From contig JBFMGU010000003.1 in the NCBI GenBank assembly GCA_040752415.1, positions 1-64,000 on the forward strand: a stretch of 64,000 nucleotides of DNA, in the 5' to 3' direction. The position numbers were made by a program, and so were the translations under genes. This DNA comes from Myxococcota bacterium (lineage in GTDB: Bacteria > Myxococcota > JACRCW01). The notes under the pieces are model-generated. The model made no database searches and was not told where the DNA came from. It worked only from the letters and a program-made list of their open reading frames with translations. How positions within the stretch are numbered: the stretch's first letter is position 1; every line of letters starts with the position of its first letter. This document shows positions 44,341 through 54,657 of this stretch, piece after piece.

Positions 44341-47208
44341 ATGGTCGCTCCCACGTCGCCGGTTCACTGTCTCGTCGTCACGTTCCACCGCGCCGAGGAC
44401 CCGCGCGCCCACGGGCTGCTCTCCAGCGCACATGCCCTGGGCTTCACCGGGATCACGCAGGTGGAATGCGCGGATCTCTACTTCCTCGAGGGAGCGCTCA
44501 CGTCGCAGGACCAGCAACGCCTGGCGCGCGAGCTGCTCAGTGATCCCGTGGCGCAGCGTGCGGAGTGGCGCATGGGCAAGGCGGCTGCGTCGGGAGCGGG
44601 GGTCCACCTCGTGGAAACCGCGTTGCGCCCCGGCGTCACCGACCCCGTGGCGGAGCAGATCATCCGCAGCTCGCGCATGCTGGGCATTGCCAGCGTGACC
44701 GCCGCGTCGACGGGACAGCGCTTCGTCCTGCGCGGCGCCATCGACGAGAAGCAGCTCCAGCGCCTGACCCGCGCGCTCCTTGCCAACCCGGTCATCCAGC
44801 GGTGGTCGTTCGGTGAGATCGACCCCGTGTTCCCGCATCCCGCCGAGGCTTCGGGGAAGGTGGAGACCATCCCGGTGCGGGAGCTGAGTGACGACGGACT
44901 GCTGGCCCTCAGCAAGCAGCGTCGTGCCGCGTTGGACCTCGCGGAGATGAAGGCGATCCAGGGCTTCTATCGCAGCGTGGGACGCGACCCCACCGACGTG
45001 GAGCTGGAAACGATCGCGCAGACCTGGAGCGAGCACTGCGTGCACAAGACCTTCCGCGCACGCATCAGCGTGACCGGTCCCGACGGTGCGTCGTCGGAAG
45101 TGGATGGCCTGCTCCGCACGTTCATCCGCGCGCCCACCGAGAAGATCGCCGCGCCGTGGGTGCGCTCCGCCTTCGTCGACAACGCCGGCATCATCGACTT
45201 TGACGACGAGAACGAGGTCTCCTTCAAGGTGGAGACGCACAACCATCCCTCGGCCATTGAGCCCTTTGGTGGCGCCAACACCGGCGTGGGCGGCGTGATC
45301 CGCGACGTGCTCGGTGTCTCCGCCAAGCCCATCGCCGCCACCGACGTGTTGTGCTTCGGCCCGCAGGAGACGCCGCCGCAGGGCCTGCCCGAGGGCGTGC
45401 TGCACCCGCGACGCATCCAGTCCGGCGTCGTCGCGGGCGTGCAGGACTACGGCAACAAGATCGGTATTCCCACCGTCAACGGCGCCATCCTGTACGACGA
45501 GGGCTACACCTCCAACCCACTCGTCTATTGCGGCTGCGTGGGCATTGCGCCCAAGGGCAGTCACCCGCGTCAGCCCCAGAAGGGCGACCGCGTGATCGTC
45601 CTCGGCGGACGCACCGGGCGCGACGGACTCCGCGGCGCCACGTTCTCGTCGATGACCATGGACGCGCAGACGGGTGAGGTGGCCGGCGCGTCGGTGCAGA
45701 TCGGTGATCCCATCGTCGAGAAGGGGCTCATCGAGGTCTGCACGCGTGCGCGGGACCGCAAGCTCTACCACGCCATCACGGACTGCGGCGCCGGTGGTTT
45801 GTCCTCCGCCGTCGGGGAGATGGCCGCCGGAGTAGGCGCCGACGTCGAGCTCTTCAAGGTGCGGCTGAAGTATCCCGGCCTGGCGCCCTGGGAGATCTGG
45901 CTCAGTGAGGCGCAGGAGCGCATGGTGCTCGCGGTGCCGGACGTGGCCCCGCTGCAGGCGCTGTGTGACCTGTATGACGTCGAGCTCACCGACATCGGCG
46001 CGTTCACCGGCGACGGAAAGCTGGTGGTGCGCTACCAGGGCCGCCCCGTCCTGGATCTGCCCACGGACTTCATGCATGACGGCATTCCTCGTCGTCATCT
46101 GAAGGCGGAGATCGTGACGCCGGTGCGTTCGGCCGCTCCCGCGCCGCGCGTTGACGACGTGGGGCGCACCACGCTGAAGTTGCTGGCGCATCCCAACATC
46201 GCGTCCAAGGCGCCCGTCATCCGCATCTATGACCACGAGGTGCAGGGCGGTACCGTCGTGAAGCCGCTGACCGGCGCGGTCAATGACGGCCCCTCCGACG
46301 CGTGCGTGCTGAAGCCCATGGGCACCAAGGGGCTGCGCGGCATCGTGCTCTCCAACGGCGTCAATCCCCAGTTCGGCAAGCGCGACGCGTACCGGATGGC
46401 GCTCAGTGTCGTCGACGAGGCGCTGCGCAACGCTGTGGCGGTGGGTGCGGATCCCACGCGCGTCGCCATCCTGGACAACTTCTGCTGGGGCGACCCGCTG
46501 CGGCCGCAGACACTTGGCGCGCTCGTCGAGGCGGCGCGGGGTTGTCGGGATGCGGCGCTGCACTTCGGAACGCCGTTCATCAGCGGCAAGGACTCGCTCA
46601 ACAACGAGTACCTGGGCGCCGACGGACAGCGTCATGCCATCCCGCCCACGCTCCTCATCAGCGCCATGGGGGTCATCGACGACGTCACCCAGGCCGTCAC
46701 CATGGATCTCAAGGAAGCCGGCAACGTCGTGTATCTCCTGGGGGAGACGCGCGCGGAGCTCGGCGGTTCCCACCTGGGTCTCGTGCTCGGACGCGACATC
46801 GGCGGCGTGGTGCCCGACCAGGTGGAGTTCGCGCCCGCGTTGTTCAAGGCCCTGCACGTCGCCATCCGCGCCGGTGTGGTGCGGGCGTGCCACGACCTCA
46901 GCGAGGGTGGTCTCGCCGTGGCGGCGGCGGAGATGGCCATCGCCGGTCGACTGGGGCTGGAGCTCACGCTGGACGTCGACGACGTGGTGACCGCGCTGTT
47001 CAGCGAGTCCAATGCGCGCTTCCTCGTCGAGGTGCGCAGCAAGGACACCGCCGCGTTCGAGTCCCACCTTGCGGCGCTTGGTCCACGTCGTTACACGCGG
47101 CTCGGCTCCGTCGTCGCCACGCCGGCGCTAAGCATCAAGAACCGCACCGAAACCCTTTGCGCGCTGCCGGTCCAGGAGCTGGTGGCTGCGTGGAACACCC
47201 TTCCGTGA
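44341..47208 (+). CDS. purL: phosphoribosylformylglycinamidine synthase, small-type PurL fused to two N-terminal PurS-like domains (PurS-PurS-PurL)
   Basis: Residues ~1-200 contain two PurS-like units (..LRPGVTDPVAEQIIRSSRMLGIASV..FVLRG..). The PurL body follows (TWSEHCVHKTF, ETHNHPSAIEPFGGANTGVGGVIRD, GDPIVEKG). 955 aa, versus ~740 aa for stand-alone small PurL. Confidence 0.85.
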   Translation: MVAPTSPVHCLVVTFHRAEDPRAHGLLSSAHALGFTGITQVECADLYFLEGALTSQDQQRLARELLSDPVAQRAEWRMGKAAASGAGVHLVETALRPGVTDPVAEQIIRSSRMLGIASVTAASTGQRFVLRGAIDEKQLQRLTRALLANPVIQRWSFGEIDPVFPHPAEASGKVETIPVRELSDDGLLALSKQRRAALDLAEMKAIQGFYRSVGRDPTDVELETIAQTWSEHCVHKTFRARISVTGPDGASSEVDGLLRTFIRAPTEKIAAPWVRSAFVDNAGIIDFDDENEVSFKVETHNHPSAIEPFGGANTGVGGVIRDVLGVSAKPIAATDVLCFGPQETPPQGLPEGVLHPRRIQSGVVAGVQDYGNKIGIPTVNGAILYDEGYTSNPLVYCGCVGIAPKGSHPRQPQKGDRVIVLGGRTGRDGLRGATFSSMTMDAQTGEVAGASVQIGDPIVEKGLIEVCTRARDRKLYHAITDCGAGGLSSAVGEMAAGVGADVELFKVRLKYPGLAPWEIWLSEAQERMVLAVPDVAPLQALCDLYDVELTDIGAFTGDGKLVVRYQGRPVLDLPTDFMHDGIPRRHLKAEIVTPVRSAAPAPRVDDVGRTTLKLLAHPNIASKAPVIRIYDHEVQGGTVVKPLTGAVNDGPSDACVLKPMGTKGLRGIVLSNGVNPQFGKRDAYRMALSVVDEALRNAVAVGADPTRVAILDNFCWGDPLRPQTLGALVEAARGCRDAALHFGTPFISGKDSLNNEYLGADGQRHAIPPTLLISAMGVIDDVTQAVTMDLKEAGNVVYLLGETRAELGGSHLGLVLGRDIGGVVPDQVEFAPALFKALHVAIRAGVVRACHDLSEGGLAVAAAEMAIAGRLGLELTLDVDDVVTALFSESNARFLVEVRSKDTAAFESHLAALGPRRYTRLGSVVATPALSIKNRTETLCALPVQELVAAWNTLP

Positions 47209-47219
47209 GGAATCCCGTC

Positions 47220-47969
47220 ATGGCGCCCCGTGTCCTCATCCTCCACGCCACCGGCACCAACCGGGACCACGACGCAGCCGCGGCCTTCCAGCTCGCCGGC
47301 GCGGAGCCGGAGATTGTTCCGCTCCAGGAGCTGCGTGAACGTCGTCGGAAGTGGCAGGACTACCAGATCCTCGTTGTGCCCGGCGGGTTCAGCTACGCGG
47401 ATGCGCTGGGCGCGGGGAAGCTGTTCGCGCTGGACCTGCAGAGCTACTTCGTCGACGAGGTGAAGGCGTTCGTGCAGAGCGGCCGTCCCGTCATCGGCAT
47501 CTGCAACGGTTTCCAGGCGCTGGTGAAGTCCGGCCTGCTCCCCGCGCTCGACGGAGCCGAGGCCACGCTGACCTTCAACGCGTCGGGCCACTTCGAGTGT
47601 CGCTGGGTGACGCTGCGCCCGGTCTCCCGCGTCTGCCTCTGGACGCGCGACCTCACCGACGAGATCTACTGCCCCGTCGCGCACGGTGAGGGCCGGTTCC
47701 TCGTGGCGTCGGACAGCGCGCTCTCCCAGCTCAAGCAGCGCGACCAGGTGGCGCTCACCTACGTGGGCAACGGCTACCCCGACAATCCCAATGGCTCGCC
47801 GGGTGACGTCGCGGGCGTGTGCAATCCGCAGGGGAACGTGCTCGGGCTGATGCCGCACCCGGAGGATCACATCCAGCCGTTCCAGCATCCGCGCTGGACG
47901 CGGGGTGAGCGCGGCAAGCTGGGGCTCAAGCTGTTGGAAGCCGGCGTGCGCCACGCCGCGGCGATGTGA
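47220..47969 (+). CDS. purQ: phosphoribosylformylglycinamidine synthase glutamine-amidotransferase subunit
   Basis: MAPRVLILHATGTNRDHD..VVPGGFSYAD..GICNGFQAL.. (catalytic Cys)...HPE is a class-I GATase triad. The start is inside the listed over-long ORF 46302..47969. Confidence 0.85.
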   Translation: MAPRVLILHATGTNRDHDAAAAFQLAGAEPEIVPLQELRERRRKWQDYQILVVPGGFSYADALGAGKLFALDLQSYFVDEVKAFVQSGRPVIGICNGFQALVKSGLLPALDGAEATLTFNASGHFECRWVTLRPVSRVCLWTRDLTDEIYCPVAHGEGRFLVASDSALSQLKQRDQVALTYVGNGYPDNPNGSPGDVAGVCNPQGNVLGLMPHPEDHIQPFQHPRWTRGERGKLGLKLLEAGVRHAAAM

Positions 47970-48955
47970 CGGAGGTGATGAAGGTGGACCGGCAGCTCAT
48001 CGTCGACGCGTTCAAGGCGCCCTTTGACGGGACGCAGCTCCCGTTGCCCGGCAAGAAGACTGGCAAGGTGCGCGACTGGTACCCGCTCCCCGACGGGCGC
48101 CGCCTCCTCATCACCACCGAGCGGCTCAGCGCGTTTGATCGCATCCTCGGCTGCGTCCCGTACAAGGGCCAGGTGCTCAACGAGCTCAGCGCGTGGTGGT
48201 TCGAGCAGACGCGCGACATCATCCCCAACCACGTCGTCAGCGTCCCGGATCCCAACGCGCTCATTGCGCGCGAGGCGCAGGCGTTCCCGGTGGAAGTGGT
48301 GGTGCGCGGCTTCATCAGCGGTGTGACGTCGACGTCGCTGTGGACGCGCTACGCCAAGGGTGAGCGCAACATCTACGGCTACACGTTCCCCGACGGGCTC
48401 AAGAAGAACCAGGCGCTCCCGCAGCCCATCATCACGCCCACCACCAAGGCCCAGGACGGCGCCCACGACGAGCCGGTGACCTGCGCGGAGGTGGTCCAGC
48501 GTGGTCTCCTCGACACGCGCACGTGGGACGCGGTGCAGTCCGCCGCCATTGCGGTGTTCAAGCGCGGTCAGGAGCTGGCGCGGAAGGCGGGGCTGGTCCT
48601 CGTCGACACCAAGTACGAGCTGGGCCGCGCCCCCGACGGGACCATCCTGCTCATCGACGAGGTCCACACGCCGGACAGCTCGCGGTTCTGGAAGGCGGAC
48701 ACGTACGAGGCGCGCGTGGCGGCGGGCGAGGAGCCGGACAACTTCGACAAGGAGTTCATCCGCCTGGCCTACGCAGCCAAGGGCTACCGTGGCGACGGAG
48801 AGCCGCCCGTGATGCCCGACGACCTGTGGATCTCCGTCGCCGAGCGTTACATCACGATTTTCGAGAAGCTGACGGGTCGCACGTTCATCCCGGCGTCGCG
48901 CCCGGTTGGGCCGCGGCTGGAGCAGAACCTCCGACGTGCGGGAGTGATGTCATGA
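47966..48955 (+). CDS. purC: phosphoribosylaminoimidazole-succinocarboxamide synthase
   Basis: Long-form SAICAR synthetase: GKVRDWY, ITTERLSAFDRILG. 329 aa. Overlaps purQ and purF start/stops. Confidence 0.85.
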   Translation: MTEVMKVDRQLIVDAFKAPFDGTQLPLPGKKTGKVRDWYPLPDGRRLLITTERLSAFDRILGCVPYKGQVLNELSAWWFEQTRDIIPNHVVSVPDPNALIAREAQAFPVEVVVRGFISGVTSTSLWTRYAKGERNIYGYTFPDGLKKNQALPQPIITPTTKAQDGAHDEPVTCAEVVQRGLLDTRTWDAVQSAAIAVFKRGQELARKAGLVLVDTKYELGRAPDGTILLIDEVHTPDSSRFWKADTYEARVAAGEEPDNFDKEFIRLAYAAKGYRGDGEPPVMPDDLWISVAERYITIFEKLTGRTFIPASRPVGPRLEQNLRRAGVMS

Positions 48956-50382
48956 GCGCGCTGCCCATCCTCTCCACCGACGACCGTCCGCACGAGGAGT
49001 GCGGCATCATCGCCATCTCCGCTCCCGACGAGGACGCCGCGCGCATGGCGTTCTTCGGCCTGTTCGCGCTGCAGCACCGCGGGCAGGAGGCGGCGGGCAT
49101 TGCCGTTTCCGACGGGTCCACCGCGCGCCTGCACAAGGACGTGGGCCTGGTCACCCACGTGTTCCACCCGCAGGACCTCAAGAACCTGCACGGACACGTC
49201 GCCATCGGGCACACGCGGTATTCCACCACCGGTTCCTCGTCGGTGCGCAACGCGCAGCCGTTCCTCATCGAGACGCAGTGGGGCTCGCTGGGCGTGGCGC
49301 ACAACGGCAACCTGGTGAACGCGGGGCAGCTACGGCGGGAGGTGCTGGAGCGCGGCGTGGGGCTCTCGTCGTCGTCGGACAGCGAGGTCATGACCATGAT
49401 GCTCGCGGGCGCCGCCGGGCACACCTGGGAGGAGCGCATCCAGAGCGCCATGGCGCGTTGGCGCGGTGCGTACAGCCTGGTGATCCTGGCGCGCGACTCC
49501 GTCTACGCCGTGCGCGACCCGTGGGGCTTCCGCCCGCTCTGCGTGGGTCGGCTGTCGGGGGGCGGGCACGCCGTGGCGTCGGAAACGTGTGCGCTGCGCA
49601 CGCTGGGCTGTGAGTCCATCCGTGAGGTGGCGCCCGGCGAGATCGTGCACATTCGTGGGAAGGATCTGAAGAGCCACCAGGCCATGCCGGCCATGCCGCA
49701 GACCGCGCTCTGCACGTTCGAGCACATCTACTTCTCGCGCCCGGACAGCGAGCTCGACGGACTCTCCATCCACCAGGTCCGCCAGCGTCTGGGCGAGGAG
49801 CTCGCGCGGGAAGCGGGAGTGCCTGCTGACGTCGTGGTGCCGGTGCCGGACAGCTCGGTTCCCGCCGCGGTGGGCTACGCGCGCGCTTCCGGCATCCCGT
49901 ACAACGACGGGCTCATCAAGAACCGCTACATTGGTCGCACCTTCATCGAGCCCACGGACTCGCTGCGCAAGCAGGGCGTGGCCATGAAGTTCAACGCACT
50001 GGAAGCCAACCTGCGCGGCAAGCGCACCGTCCTCATCGACGACAGCATCGTGCGCGGCAACACCTCCGGTCCGCTGGTGAAGCTGCTCCGCGACGCTGGC
50101 GCCACCGAGGTTCACCTCCGCATCACCTGCCCGCCCATTGCGCACCCCTGTTACATGGGCGTGGACATGGGCACCTACGACGAGCTGCTCGCGCACCGCC
50201 TCTCGCTCGAGCAGATGCGCGCGCACATCGGCTGCGACAGCCTGCGCTTCCTTTCCGTCGAGGGAATGATGCGCGCCATTGGTCGGAGCAGCGGCTACTG
50301 CAACGCGTGCTTCACGGGGAAGTATCCCATTGATGTTCCCGCTGGTGCGGCCAAGACGGGTTTCGAGAAGGCCATTGGATGA
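48952..50382 (+). CDS. purF: amidophosphoribosyltransferase
   Basis: MSALPILSTDDRPHEECGIIAI is the N-terminal nucleophile Cys after Met. HTRYSTTGSS and VLIDDSIVRGNTS (PRTase motif). The start is inside the listed ORF 48523.. and overlaps the purC stop (ATGA). Confidence 0.9.
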   Translation: MSALPILSTDDRPHEECGIIAISAPDEDAARMAFFGLFALQHRGQEAAGIAVSDGSTARLHKDVGLVTHVFHPQDLKNLHGHVAIGHTRYSTTGSSSVRNAQPFLIETQWGSLGVAHNGNLVNAGQLRREVLERGVGLSSSSDSEVMTMMLAGAAGHTWEERIQSAMARWRGAYSLVILARDSVYAVRDPWGFRPLCVGRLSGGGHAVASETCALRTLGCESIREVAPGEIVHIRGKDLKSHQAMPAMPQTALCTFEHIYFSRPDSELDGLSIHQVRQRLGEELAREAGVPADVVVPVPDSSVPAAVGYARASGIPYNDGLIKNRYIGRTFIEPTDSLRKQGVAMKFNALEANLRGKRTVLIDDSIVRGNTSGPLVKLLRDAGATEVHLRITCPPIAHPCYMGVDMGTYDELLAHRLSLEQMRAHIGCDSLRFLSVEGMMRAIGRSSGYCNACFTGKYPIDVPAGAAKTGFEKAIG

Positions 50383-52487
50383 GCACGAAGCGTCTGGTCG
50401 TGCTGGTGTCCGGGAATGGCAGCAACCTGCAGGCCATCCTGGACGCGTGCGCGTCGGGGGCGTTGAACGCGCAGGTGTGCGCGGTGGTGTCCAACAAGCC
50501 GGATGCGTTCGGGCTTGAGCGTGCTCGTCGGGCTGGGGTTCCCGCGGTCAGCAGGAAGAAGGACCCGCAGCAGGATCGCAGCGCGTACGACGCGGAGCTG
50601 GCGAGTCTCGTCGAGGAATACGCCCCCGACTACGTGGTGCTGGCGGGATGGATGCGCATCCTGGGCATGCCGTTCCTCGGTCGGTTTCCCAATCGCGTCA
50701 TCAACCTGCATCCCGCGCTGCCCGGTGCGTTCGCGGGCACGCATGCGATTGAGCGCGCCTTCGACGCATTCAAGCGCGGCGAGGTCACGCACACCGGCGT
50801 CATGGTCCACCTTGTCCCCGACGAGCGCGTGGACCTGGGCCCGGTGCTGGCGCAGGTCAACGTGCCCATCCACACCACCGATACGTTGGACGTGCTGGAA
50901 GCGCGCATGCACGCCGCCGAGCACGTGTTGCTGGTGGATGCACTGAAGCAGCTCTGCAACCAACCTCATTCCTCGACGGAGAAAGCCATGAAGCGGGCCA
51001 TTCTTTCGGTGCACGACAAGACAGGCGTGGTGGAGTTTGCGCGCGGGCTGCATGAGCTGGGGTGGACGCTGATTGCGTCGGGTGGGACGGCCAAGCTGCT
51101 GACGCAGAGCGGGCTGCCGGTGAAGGAGGTGTCCGACTACACGGGCTCGCCGGAGATGCTGGGCGGGCGGGTGAAGACGCTGCACCCGGCCATCCACGGC
51201 GGCTTGCTGGCCCGTCCCACTCCCGCCGACGAGGGCGACCTCAAGAAGCAGGGTTATGGCTACATCGACCTCGTGGCGGTCACCCTCTATCCGTTCGAGC
51301 AGACCATCGCGAAGCCCAACGTGACGATGGAAGAGGTCATCGAGAACATCGACATCGGCGGAGTGACGCTCATTCGCGCTGCCGCCAAGAACCACGAGCG
51401 CGTGACGCTGGTCTGCGACCCGCGCGACTACAATGCGGTGCTCAGCGAGCTGCGGACGGGTGCGGTGTCGTCGGAAACGCGCAAGCGCCTGGCCATCAAG
51501 GGCTTTGCCTCCACCGCGCACTACGACGCCACCATCGCCGGCTACCTCAACCCGGAGGGCGGTCATCACGTGCAGGCGTACACGGTGCAGAAGCTCCGTT
51601 ACGGCGAGAATCCGCACCAGGCCGCCACGCTCTACTCCTTGCAGCCGGGCGGTGGTCCGCTGGGTGGTCGTATCCTGCAGGGCAAGGAGCTCTCCTACAA
51701 CAACCTGCTGGACCTCGACGCTGCGTGGCGCGCCGCGGTTTCGTTTGAGCGGCCCAGCGTCGCCATCGTGAAGCATCTCTCTCCGTGCGGCGTGGCCAGC
51801 GGCGACGATCTCACGACGGCATTCAAGGCCGCGTTGGCCTCGGATCCCATCTCCGCGTTCGGCGGTGTCATTGCGAGCAACAAGCCCTTCGACGCGAAGA
51901 CGGCGGAGACGCTGGGTGATCTCTTCGTGGAGTGCATCGCCGCGCCCGGTTTCACCGACGACGCCAAGGCGTTGCTGGCCAAGCGCAAGCAGTGTCGCCT
52001 GCTGGAGATGCCGGACACGTCGGTGGAGCCGCGCCACGAGCTGCGTTCGGTGACGCGCGGTCTGCTGAAGCAGGACGTGGACTTTGGTGACCCGTCGGAT
52101 GCGCAGTGGAAGGTGGTGAGCAAGCGTGAGCCCACGGCGGCGGAGTGGACGGCGTTGAAGTTTGCGTGGAAGGTGTGCGCGCACGTGAAGAGCAACGCGA
52201 TTGTGTTCGCGCAGGGTGAAGCCACGGTGGGCATTGGTGGCGGTCAGCCGAATCGTGTGGACTGCGTGCGCATTGCGTCGGAGCGGGCGGGCGAGAAGTC
52301 CAAGGGTGCCGCCATGGCGTCGGACGCATTCTTCCCGTTCCCGGACTCCGTTCAGGTGGCGGCCAAAGCCGGCATCACCGCGGTCATCCACCCCGGTGGC
52401 TCCATCCGTGACAAGGAATCCATCGCCGCCGCCGACGAGGCGAACATGGCCATGGTCGTCACCGGCGTGCGCCACTTCCGCCACTGA
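50379..52487 (+). CDS. purH: fused phosphoribosylglycinamide formyltransferase / AICAR transformylase-IMP cyclohydrolase (PurN-PurH single polypeptide)
   Basis: Residues 1-200 are PurN ([29 protein letters not shown]). From ...[23 protein letters not shown] onward it is PurH (MGS-like IMPCH domain, then AICARFT domain with GVASGDDL and [10 protein letters not shown]). No intervening stop. 702 aa. Confidence 0.85.
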   Translation: MSTKRLVVLVSGNGSNLQAILDACASGALNAQVCAVVSNKPDAFGLERARRAGVPAVSRKKDPQQDRSAYDAELASLVEEYAPDYVVLAGWMRILGMPFLGRFPNRVINLHPALPGAFAGTHAIERAFDAFKRGEVTHTGVMVHLVPDERVDLGPVLAQVNVPIHTTDTLDVLEARMHAAEHVLLVDALKQLCNQPHSSTEKAMKRAILSVHDKTGVVEFARGLHELGWTLIASGGTAKLLTQSGLPVKEVSDYTGSPEMLGGRVKTLHPAIHGGLLARPTPADEGDLKKQGYGYIDLVAVTLYPFEQTIAKPNVTMEEVIENIDIGGVTLIRAAAKNHERVTLVCDPRDYNAVLSELRTGAVSSETRKRLAIKGFASTAHYDATIAGYLNPEGGHHVQAYTVQKLRYGENPHQAATLYSLQPGGGPLGGRILQGKELSYNNLLDLDAAWRAAVSFERPSVAIVKHLSPCGVASGDDLTTAFKAALASDPISAFGGVIASNKPFDAKTAETLGDLFVECIAAPGFTDDAKALLAKRKQCRLLEMPDTSVEPRHELRSVTRGLLKQDVDFGDPSDAQWKVVSKREPTAAEWTALKFAWKVCAHVKSNAIVFAQGEATVGIGGGQPNRVDCVRIASERAGEKSKGAAMASDAFFPFPDSVQVAAKAGITAVIHPGGSIRDKESIAAADEANMAMVVTGVRHFRH

Positions 52488-52553
52488 CCGACTTCGAGTG
52501 GTGGCCGCAGGTTGCTGCGGTTTGACCGGCCAACCGACGGCATGGCCCCCGCA

Positions 52554-54140
52554 CTACTTCCGCTGCGTCTCCAGGATGAGCTGCTTGAGGGCCTCCGTCG
52601 GCCGACGATCATTCGGCAGCATCTTGCACGCCTTCCTCAGCAGCGCATCCGCGCCCGCGTGGTCACTCAACGCGCGCGAAATCTCCCCCGCGTAATACAC
52701 GGCCAACCCGCACTCCGGGTCCATGCGCATCGCCTCTTGCAGGTCCTTGAGGCACTGGGCCGCCAACTTCGGCGTCGCGCGGTACCGGCTCCACGTCAGC
52801 TCCGCGCGGTAGAGCCCCTTCTGCGGATCACAATCGGAAGCAAACTCGAGGAACGGGATCGCCTCCGCGAACTTCCCCGCGTTCATCCTTGCCACGCCTT
52901 CCTTGAACTGCCCGGTGGCGTCGAGGAGGTTCGTCTTGATTGCAAAGTACTTGTCCGGATTCCCGCGGCTCTCCTGCACCGGGTTCATCTTCCGGTGGAT
53001 GAGTGAATTGCGCTGCTCCGCGTCCTGCAGCAGCGCGTACGCGCGGGCCCCGGCAAGGAACAGGTCCTGCGCCCGTTCCGCCAGCGGCTGCAGGTCCGGG
53101 TGCTGGAACGTCCACGGCGCGTATTTCTGGGAGAACGCCAGGAACTTGTCGCGGATGGCAGAAGGCGTGGCGTCGAGCTTGAGGCCCAGCAGGTCAAAGG
53201 CATCCTGCTTGCGGTAGTTGAGGTACGCCGCGGTGACCTCGTTGCGCGTCTTCTCCACATCGACGGGCGGAGGTGGCGGCGCCGCGGGCGCAGGCGCAGC
53301 GGCCGCCGGCGCGGGTGCGGGTTCCGTCGCCACCACGGGCGCTTCCACCACCGGGATCGTCTTCGTGGTGGTCTTCGCGGGGGCGGCGTCGGCGGGAATC
53401 TGGTCCGCCGGGAGCACCACGCCCATGAGGGCGAGCGCGTAGATGAAGCGCGTGAGCTCGTCGGGCGGCAGGTTCGCCTCGACCATCAGCTCGTCGATAC
53501 GCGGCCGCTTCTTGAGCAGCGTCATGACGCGCGTCTGCTTGGCGGACAGCTTCAGGCTGCTGACGCTGATGGGCGGGGCAGGGTGCACCCCCAGGTTCCT
53601 CCCGACGAGCGCGCCAATGTCCGCATCCACCTGTTCCTGCGGCGCGAATCCGGTGACTCCCGCCAGCACGAGCTGCGGCACCCGCACCTTCAGCGGTGAC
53701 TCCACGGCGGGCACGTCGGTGTGGACCTTGAACTGACCCGTCTTCCACGTGAACCCGTCGAGCAGCTTGTGCGCCAGGTTCTGCTGCAACATCTTGAACA
53801 GGTCGAACGCGTTGATGAGCCCGTACTTCAGCAGCACGTCACCCAGCTGCACGCCGCCGGCCACGCTCTCGGAGAGGCAGCGCTGGTAATCCTCCTCTCC
53901 CAGCTTCCCGCGCTCGACGAGAAACTTCCCCAGCGTCTCGTGCAGCAGGTTGGAACGGCAATCCACGGGGATCCCGTCCTCGAAGATGATGTGCTTCTGC
54001 AGCTGGTTGCGTGTGATCTCCAGGACCAGGGAGCGCTCGTGCACGGAGAACGCGTAGAGCAGCACCGGGAACGGCTGGTCGACGAGGTTGCCCTCCTTGA
54101 GGCGGGAGATGTCCTGCAGGTCCTTCGCGCTTGGGATCAC
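52554..54140 (-). CDS. DUF4388 (PATAN-like) / J-domain / TPR multidomain protein
   Basis: N-terminal [26 protein letters not shown] is DUF4388-like. Pro/Ala linker. The J-like domain has [37 protein letters not shown] (HPD motif). C-terminal TPR-like helices. Confidence 0.55.
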   Translation of the reverse strand: MIPSAKDLQDISRLKEGNLVDQPFPVLLYAFSVHERSLVLEITRNQLQKHIIFEDGIPVDCRSNLLHETLGKFLVERGKLGEEDYQRCLSESVAGGVQLGDVLLKYGLINAFDLFKMLQQNLAHKLLDGFTWKTGQFKVHTDVPAVESPLKVRVPQLVLAGVTGFAPQEQVDADIGALVGRNLGVHPAPPISVSSLKLSAKQTRVMTLLKKRPRIDELMVEANLPPDELTRFIYALALMGVVLPADQIPADAAPAKTTTKTIPVVEAPVVATEPAPAPAAAAPAPAAPPPPPVDVEKTRNEVTAAYLNYRKQDAFDLLGLKLDATPSAIRDKFLAFSQKYAPWTFQHPDLQPLAERAQDLFLAGARAYALLQDAEQRNSLIHRKMNPVQESRGNPDKYFAIKTNLLDATGQFKEGVARMNAGKFAEAIPFLEFASDCDPQKGLYRAELTWSRYRATPKLAAQCLKDLQEAMRMDPECGLAVYYAGEISRALSDHAGADALLRKACKMLPNDRRPTEALKQLILETQRK

Positions 54141-54152
54141 GACTTCCCCTCC

Positions 54153-54572
54153 TCAGCCCACGCCACTGATGTGCACCACCAGCCGGCGCGCGTGCGACCT
54201 CCCGCGGTGCTCCCAGACATACAGCCCCTGCCACGTCCCCAGGGCCAGCTGGCCGCGGGTGACGGGGATGGTCTCGGAGGTGCGGGTGATGGCGCTGCGG
54301 GCGTGCGCGGGCATGTCATCGGGTCCTTCAGCGTCATGCTCCCATCGCCGGGACTCGGGCGCCAGATCCTGCATCCAGGCGGAGAGGTCGCGCAGGACGG
54401 CCGGGTCGGCGTTCTCCTGGATGACCAGGCTGGCGGAGGTGTGCTGGATGAACACGGTGCACAGCCCGGTAACCACGCTGCTGCGTGCCACCACGGCGGC
54501 CACCACGTCGGTGACGTTGGTGAGCGCGCCGGCGCGGGTCCGGACCTCCACGGTCTCCTGGTGCACCTTCAT
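54153..54572 (-). CDS. YjbQ/UPF0047-family protein (secondary thiamine-phosphate synthase-like)
   Basis: MKVHQETVEVRTRAGALTNVTD..GLCTVFIQHTSASLVIQENADP..GRSHARRLVVHISG is a typical YjbQ fold signature. The start is internal to the listed 200-aa ORF. Confidence 0.7.
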   Translation of the reverse strand: MKVHQETVEVRTRAGALTNVTDVVAAVVARSSVVTGLCTVFIQHTSASLVIQENADPAVLRDLSAWMQDLAPESRRWEHDAEGPDDMPAHARSAITRTSETIPVTRGQLALGTWQGLYVWEHRGRSHARRLVVHISGVG

Positions 54573-54657
54573 GATCGCTCCGTTGCGTTGGCGGCCAAGA
54601 CTGCCCCGTGCCGCCACGTCCTGGCCACCGGCGCCCGACCACCCTACAAACCTGCTC

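Noticed and set aside
44275-47067. 930-aa minus-strand ORF antisense to purL
   Set aside because: Antisense artefact. purL on the + strand has unambiguous motifs.
50295-52484. 729-aa minus-strand ORF antisense to purN-purH
   Set aside because: Antisense artefact.
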